Below are positions 12,113-24,741 of a stretch of DNA of 64,000 bases, piece after piece. The stretch is from contig AP026124.1 of the NCBI GenBank assembly GCA_030295235.1, positions 248,001 to 312,000 of the forward strand. The letters are read 5' to 3'. The notes beneath the pieces were generated by a model. It ran no database searches. It worked only from the letters and a program-made list of their open reading frames with translations, and was not told the origin of the DNA. Made by a program: the position numbers and the translations under genes. The DNA is from Fistulifera solaris. Lineage: Eukaryota. Positions within the stretch are counted from its first letter, which is position 1; each line of letters opens with the position of its first letter.

Positions 12113-14454
12113 TTAGTCGCACTTGTAGTAGAAGACCGCATATTTCGTAGCTCCTTTCTTGCTGAAGTATAGCTGTCCTTCTTTAGGATGAGTTCCGATT
12201 TCAGGCATTTTTGAAGGGCCGCCATTTAACCCACCCGACGATACCAGTCTTGCATCATTGGGCAAACGTTCGTATTTTCTAATTTCTTCCCAATATAGAG
12301 CGATGTGTTGGTCTTTCTCAAAACAGAGGTCGCGTAATTTTGCTAAACTGGTCTCATATTCGCTTTTGAGTTTCATCAGCTCCATATTATGCTTGGCTTT
12401 CAGTAGCTCGATATCGGCGTCCGGCTCGTCGTTTCTGCTCTTCCTGGGGGCGGAACTACTTCTCCCCTTTTCTAAAAGTAACGATCGGCTCTTGCTTCCC
12501 AAACTTCGAGAAAGAGTTTCACGAACCCTGGCAGGTGACGCAGATGCTTGATTTCGCGTGGATGAGCTTTTGGGTCCCAGTGCACGACGGGGTAAAGAAT
12601 TTTCTTTGGTCGAAGGGCGTTCGGATCCATTTCCCCGCGATACATGGCTATCGCCTGCAGGCGACTGTGCCCTTCGAGTCTTAGGCTCATGTCCACTCTT
12701 GCGATCCGGGTCGTTGGTGCGCGAATGGCCACTCTTTCGATCTTGGTCGCTATCACGCGAATGTCCACTTTTGCGATCCTGGTCACTCTTCCGTGAATGG
12801 GAACTCGCTGACCTTCTTTCGTGTCCACTCTTCCGATCGTCATGGCTCATACTTTTGTTCTCACTAGCTTCCCGCCTGTCTCTACTTCTACTCCTTCGTA
12901 GATCACCATTCGAGTCTTTTGTGTCCTTTTTGGGGCTCTCTTTATTGTGAGGTGATTGTGATCTTCGAGGGGACACCCTGAGGACCGTTTTTCCCGGGTT
13001 GTCGGGAGAAGAGTTCTCTCGAACAAACAACCGTCCAGGGGAAGACAGTCCCTTTAAAAAGACTACGGGTCATTTTTACTTTCAACATTTTGGGGGTCAT
13101 AGTGGGAGACTCTGAGTATTTCGATGACTCGAAAGTCGATCCTTTGTGTTTGGAAGAAAGCTTCTTGGCTGATGAGAGTGACTGATTCAAAAGCTTCGAG
13201 ACGACACGCGGTGGCAAATTATTCATGATCGCGGTCGATTGCTCTGGATCTGCTTCACTTAATTCTGGCAAATGAGGTGCTAGGTCGCGAATACAACGCA
13301 TCTCCAACGCCGTCAAAGCATTAGAGCCTTTCAGCGACTTTACGATATCAGCTTCGAGCCCTAGCAAGGAGAGAGCTGTATTGGGATAAAACACCGGTAG
13401 TACGTCCTCGGTTGTCAGCGCTAGAAAAGTATTCTCGTCCATGTCATAACGACGTTTTTCTAGGTAAGCCGCGACAACTTTTGCCTTATGCAGATCTCGT
13501 CCCTCTGATTCGAATCCAGTGACCGACACAATTTCCAATACGAAGGGCGGATCGATCAAATTCAAGACGGGATGATCCTCTGGTAGCTGAAGAATATTAC
13601 GACCGATATGTCGAGCAGAAACTCCCATCATCTTTTCGTCTTTCAAATTGATGCTATCACGACAATAGGGTAAGATTGTGGACATGCTCAAATCCTTTTG
13701 AATAAAAATCCATGACCGTTTTAAACAAGAGCTTCAGTCCAAAGAACTGCGCCAAAAAGCGCATCCCCATGGCCCATTCTGAAGAAATTTTCGGCGGCTT
13801 TGTGGAGTACATGTAATCAAGTACATGAGGCATGGCACGAATGGCTGCCGTCGAGAAGCCGACGTCCGTGACCGAGTTTGTCTTGGAAGTATGGCGTTGA
13901 AATACCTGAACAAAATATTCACTGCGCCGTATCCCTGTCGCTAGTACACTCTTGCGAACATGATAGTTGTGAATCGATTGATCATCCTTGTTGGTGACAC
14001 GAATCGTCCAGTCGCTCAAGGCATCTACCGGAGTCATTCGCCACGCCAACAGTTCGTCATCGTTGGACGATTGGTACGTTTCTTCCGACATTGCTATGAT
14101 TTCACCCCGTACAGGACTACTGTGTCTTTGCTCTCTTTGTGTCCGTGTATTCGAGTGCTTTACTGTCTCCACAGCAATATCTTCCACTGATGATGAAGAA
14201 AAGGGAACGGAAATGATATTTCGTTTCGTCTCGGATCCTGGAGATGGCACCGGCGAGATGGGAACACTCCGTCGCGCTCGCGTTTTACTGAGATTCGCTT
14301 CGAGTATAATCGGACTTTGCGGTTCGGGACTGTTCTCGCGGATGGATCGTGTCGGTGATTTATTGGAGGAGCGTATGGTCAAAGAGGTGGCAACGGAACT
14401 TTCTTCCGACGCTTCGTCGATAATGTCGAGAGCATCAGGAAGAATGGAGGTCAT
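12113..14454 (-). CDS. BTB/POZ-like domain protein with low-complexity and coiled-coil C-terminus
   Basis: LSDWTIRV...YHVRKSVLA...SEYF...VLDYMY...LAQFFGL. Three consecutive same-strand ORFs joined by homopolymer frameshifts near 13700 and 13035. Confidence 0.65.
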
Positions 14455-14949
14455 TTGCTGTTTCCTCTTTCTTGGACTCCAATTTTGCCATGGGCATCGT
14501 GAAATGGTTGTGAATTGTCAGATAGATGATAAAAAAGGGACAGGAATTATAGAGCGTTGTAATGATCGATTTGTTAAAAACATATATAGATACCTGGTAA
14601 TGATGTTATTTCAAGCTGTTGTTGTTGGCGTCCTTCATTTCAAACTCTCAATAATGTCCATCGCATGTCTTATTTAATGACTCGCCACAGTTAAGCCATA
14701 TACTCCTTTGGTTATACGCACTGTAGAATATGTTTTGAATGGTTTGAAGTGTAGAAGAGACGGAATGAATCTCGACACGAATGAATTTCAATCATGAACA
14801 AAATCACGTCTATCGCACCGGTACAAGTATTTTACTCCTTTCTCGTCCGCCGCAGCATTACTACGGCGTGATTCATTCGCCATTTGCAATCATAATTATT
14901 TCTTCAAGATCTCTTTTGTTTAGAATATTTATTAATTTCCCAATCAACA

Positions 14950-16049
14950 ATGTCAGCCGAAAGCATCATGGCCGATAAAAAGGCGAGCGACGTGTACGAC
15001 CGTCAGATCCGATTGTGGGGAGCCGATGCGCAGGTAACTTATACTCATTAAGCGATCAAAGTATAAACTTTACCTTCCATCTCAACTCAATCACTTCGTT
15101 CCTTCTTTTCATGTCGCTTACTTCAGGCAAAAATGGCGCAATCACGAGTTCTTTATATTCACGTCACGGGTGTATCATCCGAGATTATCAAAAATCTGGT
15201 CCTTGCGGGGATCCGCGCGGCCATTTGCGACACTCGTTCTCTGGATCAAGTTGCTTCGACACCGTCACTCTTTTTCAGTGTGTTTCAAAAGATTCGAACG
15301 ACGACAGCAGCAGCAGCAGCAGCAGCAACAACAACAAGAAGAAACCAAAGTACTCTACTGTCATGGAGGCACTCAAACCTGTCATTGAAGAATTGAATCC
15401 GCTGCTGGGAGAATGCGAAACAATTACGGACTGGAAAGCTGCCATTCAGGAGTTTCCTTTGATTGTGGCGAGTCATTTGAGTATGGCGGATGCTCTTTAT
15501 ATTGGTCAACACAAATTGCCGACGACTAAATTCATAATGACGGATACCTTCGGCTTGTACGGAGCTGCCGTATTCGATCTCGGCCCGAATCTAGAATTCC
15601 GTCCCGAGAAGGGCAAGGATTTGATGGATCCGGTCACTTTGGAACCATACATCCCCATGGACCAGATATTTGCCACGAGACTTTCGGACGCGACAAATCG
15701 CTTTCATAAACAAGCTCCACCCGAATCCTATTGGCGGTATCGGTGTCTTTTGGAGTATCGAGAACGTACGGGAAAATGGCTCACTTCCAAAGATGCGGAC
15801 GTGACCGAAGTACTGGAACCTTATTTGCAAGAGACTGCGGATGCGTCGTTGCAAGAGATGATTCGTGCTCAATTGGCTTCTTTGAATAAGACGGCAGAAA
15901 TATCTCCGGTATGTGCGGTGCTCGGAGGCATGTTAGGAAACGAGGTTATCAAAGTGATTAGCGGAAAAGGACAGCCGGCAAATAATACCGTGTTGATGGA
16001 TGGAACTACCTGCAAAGGAATGACGTTCCTTGTCAAGCCAAAGACATAA
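14950..16049 (+). CDS. SAE1: SUMO-activating enzyme E1 subunit 1 (Aos1/SAE1)
   Basis: Exon 1 VYDRQIRLWGADAQ, intron ~15034-15127, then SEIIKNLVLAGI and C-terminal SPVCAVLGGMLGNEVIKVISGK..PANN. Frameshift in a T-run near 15272. Confidence 0.88.
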
Positions 16050-16103
16050 ATGAAAAAACTAGTAAACACACGAGCAAAATTCACCTTTCATTATTTATTA
16101 CAC

Positions 16104-17915
16104 TTAACCTACTGGTAGCGGATATCCATCTAATTGCAAAGCTTGCCCGAATACACCGGCTTCCGACGTAGTAGGCAAGCACAGAGGAGCTTGGTCATCC
16201 GGTGCGGCAGAAACGGATACATAAATGTTCATTTCGCGCAAACACACTTCTTCCAGCATGCCTTGGAGGACTTGCAATCGAGTTCCTCTGTCAGCAATCA
16301 AATTTTCTAGTCGCTGCTTCACGACCTGTAGTGATTTAGTAGTTGTACCGGCAAGACTGCGTCGCATCTCCGCTTGATGAATCTGTCCTGCCAAATCTTC
16401 CAGAGCGTCGGAAAGCTCACTTTGTCGTTGCACCATTGTATCCCAATCAATGCACTGACAAACAAACAGCTCGCGATCAAATTGAGTGCATCCTCGCACG
16501 ATATTGCTCGGTATGTCTACGAACTGATCCTGGTGCCTTTTGTACTCGGAAAGTCGAAATGCATTTCGTGTCGTGCACAGAGTAGCGAGGGTTGTAATGT
16601 CCTCAACGTACGCTTCGACTTTCTCTCGAAGACTTCCTGTTAACATAGCCGTATCTTCCGTTGCTGTGAGAAGATGTTCATCTCGGAGAAAGCCTAGAAA
16701 GTCCAGTAGTATCGACCGAATTCCCGCTCCTTGTTGCTGCTGTTGTTTACCGCCAGTGTTGTTTCCATGGAACGCTTTGAGCAGCCGGCGCAAATGTTCT
16801 TTCAACCGAGGGACTCTAGTCGCTCCCAGTACTCCAGGGACAGAAACGAGCTGCACCTTCTTATCATCCAAATATCGGGCCAGCTCCGCAAAAGGGTACA
16901 AGGCATCCGTCATTTCTTGCTCGAATTCCGCGCATTTTTGCTCGAGTGCCAAACTTTCGACCAAATTCGGCTTTGACAAAAGCTTCTGGAAATGATTTTC
17001 AAGATTAGCGTTGCTTTTCGTCGGTCCTCCTTCCTGCAATAGTTTTTCAACCAGAGTTAAGCTAGGCGCCTTTCGAATCGAATAATGAGCTTCTAGATAA
17101 GCTCGAAAGGGCGCACGATATTCACATTTGATCAAATACAATCGTTTCAGGACGGTTGCGTCTGCCTGAAATGCAGCACGAAATCTAGCAAGTCCATTGG
17201 GGATCTCTACTTGCACGGTGTAAGTTAGTTTTTGCCAATCTCGTTCAATCTGCTCGTAGTGTTTCTTGGACCCGATGTATTGCTGTTGATTTTTTGAAGA
17301 TGACGATCTACCTTGCAATTTATTCAACTGCCGCAACTGTTTCTGACAATGATTGCAGACATGCTCCGCCCAGATGTAGTCCGGACAGTATAGGCGAGGT
17401 GACTCCCAGCAGTCTCTACGTCTTTGATGTGCCGGTTGCCTCTTTCTCCCATCCAGTTGCACAGCCGCAGTGCTGGCACTGTTTTTGCTGACGCCACCCA
17501 CCGGAGTGTCGTACGGCTCACTCAAATTAGCAGAAGACGCTAGAGGGTCGATTGTTAAAAGAGCTACCGCATCACACGCAATATCGAAGCATTGTCGAAC
17601 CCACTGATGCTCCGAAAATGTCAGCTCATCGGAAAGGAGAAGTGCGGCGGCAGCATTTTTCTGCAAAGTAAGCCAGCTTTGCAACAAAGCGTGTGCTGTA
17701 ATGAGGGATGCTGATAATTGAGCTTCTGACGAACGAAATAGTGCGACATCAAGAAATGTAATTAAGCCGGGCACTGCTTTCAGTTTAATGGGACATTCTT
17801 CTGACGATCCAGGCAGGTTCGGTGTTGACGCTAAAAATATCCAAATGAATGCCCCAATTCGCTTCAGCACATCCACTAGCTTCAGTATAAGCGGACGGAA
17901 CATTCCTGTAATCAT
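16104..17915 (-). CDS. Hypothetical protein, 603 aa, helical/coiled-coil
   Basis: A long uninterrupted ORF with plausible composition. No family recognised. Confidence 0.6.
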   Translation of the reverse strand: MITGMFRPLILKLVDVLKRIGAFIWIFLASTPNLPGSSEECPIKLKAVPGLITFLDVALFRSSEAQLSASLITAHALLQSWLTLQKNAAAALLLSDELTFSEHQWVRQCFDIACDAVALLTIDPLASSANLSEPYDTPVGGVSKNSASTAAVQLDGRKRQPAHQRRRDCWESPRLYCPDYIWAEHVCNHCQKQLRQLNKLQGRSSSSKNQQQYIGSKKHYEQIERDWQKLTYTVQVEIPNGLARFRAAFQADATVLKRLYLIKCEYRAPFRAYLEAHYSIRKAPSLTLVEKLLQEGGPTKSNANLENHFQKLLSKPNLVESLALEQKCAEFEQEMTDALYPFAELARYLDDKKVQLVSVPGVLGATRVPRLKEHLRRLLKAFHGNNTGGKQQQQQGAGIRSILLDFLGFLRDEHLLTATEDTAMLTGSLREKVEAYVEDITTLATLCTTRNAFRLSEYKRHQDQFVDIPSNIVRGCTQFDRELFVCQCIDWDTMVQRQSELSDALEDLAGQIHQAEMRRSLAGTTTKSLQVVKQRLENLIADRGTRLQVLQGMLEEVCLREMNIYVSVSAAPDDQAPLCLPTTSEAGVFGQALQLDGYPLPVG

Positions 17916-18368
17916 TCTGGCGACCTAAACGCTCTTGTTCGCGAAGAAAACAACGTTAATTAATAATGGCGGCAGCAAATAGGAAAACTGCAAAACGACA
18001 ATCACGAGTAACGACGAGTTCCAAGTCACGAATCATCCCCTCAACTAACCGGACTGAAAATCGTCACTCGTGGCAAAAACCGAAAAACACGCCGAACTAT
18101 ACCAAATTACATTCTGACTTTAGGAAATTAGGAATAAATACAATAGTATTTTAGTGTTTGTTTATTACCAGGTCCAGCAGCAAAGTCTGAATCTGGTTTT
18201 TCGAACACAATAGGGCTTTCTCCACTTTCTGGAAGACAGTGAAAATACAATCAAAACATTTTCACAAAACAATACCGCTCATCCGCAAACCGCAAAGACA
18301 TCGTCCACATCCAAAGCACAAAAACTAAGAAAAACATTATTTCAATCGCAAGTTACTTGATTGATAAA

Positions 18369-18779
18369 ATGACAACGACAGCTTCTCACAGACGAAAGAA
18401 GGCATTTCCTGTTGCGGCTCTTCTCAGCGGAACGCTAGGAGCTGTAGCCTCATGTTTAGGAAAGTTCGCCATGGACCCCGACGCTTTTCCGAATTACACG
18501 TGGGGCTATTCGATTCGTGTAATCTGTTTTCTACTCATGCTGGGTTGCAATGCTGGTATGCTAGGAAGTTTCCTATCGGGAATGGAAGAATCGGGTAGTG
18601 TTGCGGGGACTTCGCTCTCGACAGCCGCCAATTTTAGTGTCTCGGCGTTCTTGGGGTACTTGCTTTGGGGAGAACAATTTAATGTCACTTGGTGGCTGGG
18701 ATTCGGGATGGTAATACTAGGCGTCTTTATACTGTCGACCAAAGAACATCCAAGGAAGGATATCATAAAACAGGACTGA
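18369..18779 (+). CDS. TMEM42-like small membrane protein (DMT/EamA fold)
   Basis: Four hydrophobic segments, including GAVASCLGK and STAANFSVSAFLGYLLWGE..WWLG. Confidence 0.7.
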   Translation: MTTTASHRRKKAFPVAALLSGTLGAVASCLGKFAMDPDAFPNYTWGYSIRVICFLLMLGCNAGMLGSFLSGMEESGSVAGTSLSTAANFSVSAFLGYLLWGEQFNVTWWLGFGMVILGVFILSTKEHPRKDIIKQD

Positions 18780-18882
18780 TCGTTTCCCTTTGCGTGTCAC
18801 AATTCAAATAGGTCTAATTCTTTTTTTCATAAATTTCAATCATTAGAAAAAATCTATAGCCGTCATATCCGATCCCATCTTA

Positions 18883-20606
18883 CTATCTTAGACCCAAAGC
18901 TTGACCTCCGCTGGTCGATTTCTTCAAAACAAACATTTCTAAGGCAGTAGCAGTCCGTGGTATAGCTGGCTTCGCTAACGACATTCCTCCCGTTCCTGAT
19001 CTGCGCTGCAAACCAAAGTTCGATAACGCCGTAGATCCACTTCGCAATCCAGATGCTCCAATATCAAACGTCGCATTACCTTTGGGTGTCGGAGCCTCTG
19101 AGAACGGATCCGATCCTTGTTGCATGGGACGAGGATGATACGCCATACGTCCGTCGCGACCCCAGGCGCCGCCAGACGGTCAAACTCGGCAAAAGTGGCA
19201 TTTCGGGGGCCTCCAGGACCATCCGGTGCATGAGGCCGACCAAAGGATTTGAAGCTTTTCAGTTTGTTAACGTGTGCCCCCTTAAATTTCTTCGGGGATG
19301 GGGGCACGGAACTGCCTGGCATACTGGACTGTGTAAAGCCGTCAAACTTAACGGAGCGATTTCTACGGACACCAGCATTCGCGCTATCTACGTCTGACTT
19401 GTGGTGCAGCACACTCGTCAGTTTAAGTGCAGACGCACGTGCTTTTTGAATGCGGGGACCACTGGTATTATGACTGGTTGTCTGGTCCATCAAGTTCAAA
19501 GAGCTGCCGAAGGTGCAAAAGTTCGCTCCTGTCTGAGCGGCTCCATGAGATGAAGAAGACGTCAATTCTAACGCATCACCTGCGCTCGCTTGATATCCAC
19601 TATCCGTAACAATGGGAACTTCAGTTTTCGTGGCTGTTGCGACGGTTCTTAATACAACCATTCGTGCCTGTTCTACCATGGATCCAAGTAAACTGGCAGA
19701 TGTCAGCCTTACTTCTAACCTCGTAATACCGGGATTGTGAATACTTGCATCGAAATTCGCTAAAAGGAGTTGTTAGCGTTGTGCGTTCTACGAATCGAAT
19801 AGAGCCGCAACGAGCTTTCTTACCTGATATTGTGCCTGGGGCTCTGAGCGTCACTCTTTCTTCCTTCTCTTGCACCGAGACATTCAAGACAACTTCGAAT
19901 AAAAGCGGCAAAATTACTTCGCCCTCTTTGCACTGACTAGCAACCGAATCTGGTAGCTCAAGGGTCTTGTAGCTAGTAGCAGAATCAAGAATTTTGATAC
20001 TGGACGAAAGCATTCGCATAAGCTTTGCGCGACTCTCATTGTCACCAGAAGAAAGGGAGTGACGAAGTAGTAAAGCGTCCAGGCACGTACACGCGCGTCT
20101 ACTAATGAAGCGAAAGATCTCGACACATTTTTCTTCACAGCATCAGATGCATAGCTAAGCGTTGATTTTGTCCAAGAAGTCACCTTGTCTATGTTTTGAG
20201 CAGCTTTCAACTCTGAATTTGCCACTCCTTCAGTAGCACCAGTTAAAACAGATGCCGTCATAGTAGGCCGTGATTCCTCACTTGATTGAGGCAAACTAGG
20301 GTCGCGGTGTTCACCAACAACGGGCAGAGGATTCAGATCCTTAGCTTCATTCAATCCCATATCTAATGAGGGCACCTTTAAAACGATTTCATGATCTTGT
20401 ATCGTGTCTGATACAAGCTTTAATACGGCTTTTTCTCGAATACTCTGCGGCAAACCGGACGCGCTTGACCCGTCGGCTCTGAGACCTAGAAGACCAGCGA
20501 AATCTCTCACTCTGCTTGCCCTAATCTTCCACATCTTCATTTCCATTTCGCCGCCTGCATCCATTTCGAAAGGCTTTGCAACAGGTTCTGGAAATTTCAT
20601 ACTCAT
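18883..20606 (-). CDS. Hypothetical protein with intron and frameshifts
   Basis: A chain of same-strand ORFs (SFASLVDARVRAWTL, ILPLLFEV, LRAPGTISG, SMVEQARMVV). Intron begins at ~19823. Frameshifts near 20072 and ~19130. Confidence 0.5.
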
Positions 20607-22505
20607 GTTGTTGCTTTTCGTTGTCACAGCAACCAACTGCAAATATTTAACGCTTATTTGAAGAAATAATGAAAGAAACACTGCCTCAACGATGCAAGGG
20701 GGGGCAGATAGCGGGCACTGGCAGCAGATCGGGGCTCGCTGCGCTTCTCGAGAGGAGTCTCTTCCGCAATCAGCATCAATTCTTACTCCACCTCTCACGT
20801 GACACGTGACGCGTTCTTGCAAAGACCGTGGCCGGTCATTATTCGAAAGGGCGGAGACACGGGAACGCACCTCTGCTTGGTACATTTCTCTACGTGGGCC
20901 TACGTGAAAGTACACAATTTCCCGCACCCTCGTCTTTTTGAAACTTGTCCTTTTAGAGTATTACTTTCTCTACTTGGTAATGACTAATGACGGAGGAAGT
21001 GTGATTTTGTACAAAACATCGAAGTGTACGTATTAATGCTCTTTCAGCTGGCAGTACATATGATTAAAGATTAAAGTTTGGTTTCAATTTTCAATATTAA
21101 ATTTTTAACGTTGTTCGTTACATAAAGTTAAAGTACTATCAAGAAAGAAGAGCGGGAAATGACTACTTCATACGGAAAAGAAACGTGCAACACGGCTTTT
21201 ACAGAAATTTTGAAAGGACTGGGAACCGGAAAGACACGAAAATGGCAACAATTCTCTTAGCATTGAGCTTCACTTCCTCTTGAAGTACGGAGTAATCAAG
21301 AAAAGCCTATCGTCATCATAGTAGTAAAGTGGGGAGACGGGAGACGGGAGACAGTCTAAGTCTAAAATAAATACTTGTAATCTAAAACACGGGAACGCAA
21401 AGCGGCGAGCAGCGAGCGGCAATGGTCCTTCTCCCTTGACTCTCTTGACTGCCAGGTTCACTGTACCAGTACCAGGTACGGGTAGCTACTAGCCCAATAA
21501 CGCTGGACACCTGACTTCAACTGTAGTTTAAGGGAAGCCGTATCTTGTCTTGTGAAGGAAGCTCTTGACTTTTTGGGGACAAATTATCAACCATCTTCTA
21601 TTTGCCTTTTGGTCCGGGCCAGGGAGGAAAGATAAAGTTTTTCATGAATAACGGGAGCAGTCATGATGATGTCACACTGGGGAACGCGATTTCGTTGTTG
21701 CCGACCGGTACCGGTATTGAATTTCTCCGAATTCAAAAACATGCGAGTGTCGTCGTCACTTTCATTCGTCATCTACTTGAGAAGACCTACTATTCCATTA
21801 TTTCATCGGCAATCACGGCAATTGGCAATACACCAAACGCCTACTCTGAGGGCCGATCCTAACACCAGGAAGGCTTATTGGTAGTTTCTGAACCCAGTTT
21901 ATGCACCGCAAGCTTTAACGGCCAATATGAATTCAACTGATCAGAATTGAACATTGAGGGAATGCATCGAAAATGGAAAATTTAGCTTTCTTGATCGTCT
22001 AAGCAAACAATAACGGAACAGTGTTTCGAAACTAGAGTTCAAAGATTTTCTTCTATCTTCTTCTTGTTTCGCTTCATTCCTTGACATTTTGCGAACAACG
22101 CAACCCCAGCTCAAAAATTGTGGTGTGTCATACATGCATCCGACGTAATCTTGAACCGTTATCGTGAGTACTCTGTAGTGCTCTGTAGTAATATTTGGTC
22201 TCTCAAGAGAAAGACACTCATGCAGCTAAAGCTAGAGGTATGGCATAGCACATAGCCATAGCCCATGGCTTGTTTGAACGAAGTACGGTCTGGACATCGC
22301 CTCGCTGGGGACTCCGGGTCACGAATGCCAGTCAATGCAGGCCTGCTCCACCAACCAACCCATCATCATCAACCATACACACGAGGTAACAATGTGTTGC
22401 TGAGAGTGAAAATCCATTCTTCCTTCTCATTTGCAGAACGAAACCAATTGTGTGTGGTTCAAGTTGAAATCACTTCATTGCGAGAAGAAACGAGAAAATA
22501 GAAAC

Positions 22506-23120
22506 ATGTCGGAGAAGGCTTTCCCATTAGCAGATGCAGAACTCACCATTGCGCTGTTGGATTTGATTCAGCAAGGTAAGATTTCCTCCCTGGTATATCG
22601 TATCCAACGACTCGTTTCCGCATCTAACGTAAACTTTTATCCTCCCATTTCCCTCTAGCGACGAATTACAAGGTAAGATCAAAAACTGGTAGTTTCTTTA
22701 GTTCTTGCTTCTTCCGGGGGGCTAAAAGCGTCTATCTCTTCGCGTTTTGCAGCAAACGAAAAAAGGAGCCAACGAAGCCACCAAAACTCTGAATCGTGGA
22801 ATCAGCGAGATGATTATCATGGCCGCCGACGCGGAACCGATTGAGATCTTACTCCATTTGCCTCTTTTATGCGAGGATAAAAACGTGCCGTACGTCTTTG
22901 TCCCGAGGTGAGTCATGGTGTCGAACAGCTTTGAAATCATGTCGGATTGTTTGGTAAATTCTCACTCTCTGTCACTCTTTTTCTAGTAAAATTGCACTGG
23001 GCCGCGCTTGCGGTGTCTCTCGCCCTGTCATTTCGTGTTCCATCACGACGAATGAAGCGTCTCAGCTAAAAAAAGACGATTGACGACATGAAGATCAAGA
23101 TTGAACAGCTTCTAGTGTAG
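22506..23120 (+). CDS. SNU13: SNU13/NHP2L1 (15.5K) kink-turn-binding protein
   Basis: Exons 22506-22575, 22659-22672, 22753-22907 and 22987-23120 give [14 protein letters not shown]...[14 protein letters not shown]...[36 protein letters not shown]...IEQLLV. One extra A sits in the run near 23070. Confidence 0.95.
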
Positions 23121-23271
23121 ACTGTTTTCGGTTAGCTGGGGCAGCTGGGGTTTGTTTGTATGGATAGGTGGAATGGGAGAGAATGAGTGGATGTCACTTT
23201 TTCGGGGATGACTGGGTCTATTTGATTTACTTCAACGAACGTAAGATGGGCGGCGAGCGGTTTATGTAGTT

Positions 23272-23313
23272 GCGGAGTCGATGAATCTCAGTGATCAACT
23301 CTGACTGATTCGT
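23272..23313 (+). promoter_or_regulatory. Putative box C/D-type kink-turn in the SNU13 3' UTR
   Basis: GCGGA-GTC-GATGA ... CTGA-TTCGT gives a 5-bp canonical stem, a 3-nt bulge, tandem G-A pairs, then U-U and G-C. Confidence 0.35.
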
Positions 23314-23405
23314 CAGAGCCGTGAGGGACGAGACATAGAATATGTTTTAAATAAGCGGACTAATGATTTTGTTTGCAATTCTACTTATTCTTTCGTTTGT
23401 AGATT

Positions 23406-24201
23406 TTACAAAAAGTCGTCGTCACTATCGTCGTCGTCATCATCAAAGGGGCTAAGAGAATGTTTTTCTGCCGGGCTCTCCGGAAGTACGGAAATGGGAG
23501 ACTGATCCAAGATATGGGAGGAGGGCATGCTATCGTGGACTTCATAATCTTTGCTTTTTGTAATGTCTTGTGCTGTCTTCGAGATGGGCGTCGCGGGTAC
23601 TTGACTCGACGAAGGAGTGATCAAAGAAAGTGAGTCTTTTGATACAGTTGCGCTTGCAATCGGAGCCGCACCAGTGACAGATCCCTTACTTTCCTCAAAG
23701 GAATTCATGAGATCGGCTGGATCATACTTGTGGAGTGCTATGCGCCTGTCAACGACGACAAAAAAACAACAATGAGTTGTGTGTCAAACCAAGACAGAAA
23801 TAACAGAAAGTATCCTTATCAACTTACCAAGCTTTCACCAGACCCTGCCAACGCTTCTTGGAAATATCCAGATTAGCATCCGGCGTTGAGGGAGTTTCCA
23901 TGCTCCGAATGCGGCGCTTTTCCTTGGGCACTTGATGGGAATATGCATGATATCCAGCAGTATTCTTTCCTTTCGCGATGTCCTTATTCATTTGTTGAAT
24001 GCGTTTCAAATGCTCGGAATCCTTGGGGTCCAATTTGTTGAACTTTTCTTCTAGCGCCAACGGCTTGGAACGTTTTCTCTGACGCCGCTCGTTGCCATCG
24101 GAACCTTTGCTACCGGAACTGAGACTACCGCGACGTTTTACCAAAGCCCTGGGAGTGCAATTCACCAGGGGTTCCTCCATAGTCGACTCAAGAACATCCA
24201 T
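23406..24201 (-). CDS. SLBP: Histone mRNA stem-loop binding protein
   Basis: Splicing intron 23827-23746 yields KDIAKGKNTAGYHAY...PSTPD...ISKKRWQGLVKAWRIALHKYDP, the SLBP RNA-binding domain signature. The C-terminus is acidic. Confidence 0.88.
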
Positions 24202-24741
24202 CTTTGCAATTTGACAAGGTACGAAGTTTTACGATACAATAAGCTACAAATCGAATGAATGGGAAGAGTTCTCTATGTTTTTATTTTTTATCGTCCCTTA
24301 TCCTTTCACAGAAAACAAGGCCGGCGTTTGGGAGGAGAGGCGGACGCGCACTTCACTCGTTCACTTTGCACTCGAGGCCACGACATTTGAATTTTGGGCG
24401 CGATGGCGGGAGGAGGAGGAAAACGAGGACATCGATTTCCATATTTACTATAGGCCTAAAGTGTTTTCTGGCTTTCGACACGACTGCGATGATTCTGTCA
24501 CGAAGCAAGCTGTTTCTGAGCCAGATTGTTTACTGTACGGAGGTTAGCCGTGTGTCTAGTATTTTTATAGAGTGACTTTCGAAGTGGCACTCTTGCTGTG
24601 GTACTGGTAATCAAGAAAAAAATACTCCGTACGCGAAAAGAGGAACGATTTTTCTGTTTCTGTTGTCCGCCTTTAAACTCGATCTTTGTTGCCTTTCAAT
24701 TCATACATCTGGCAATCCTTCTTTGTTTCATTGTAAACAGG

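Noticed and set aside
18111..18192. AT-rich imperfect inverted repeat as a MITE
   Set aside because: Short and low-complexity, with no TSD.
23200..23310. U3 snoRNA (C', B, C, D-like boxes in order)
   Set aside because: No box A/A' 18S-pairing region, and the spacing does not fit U3.
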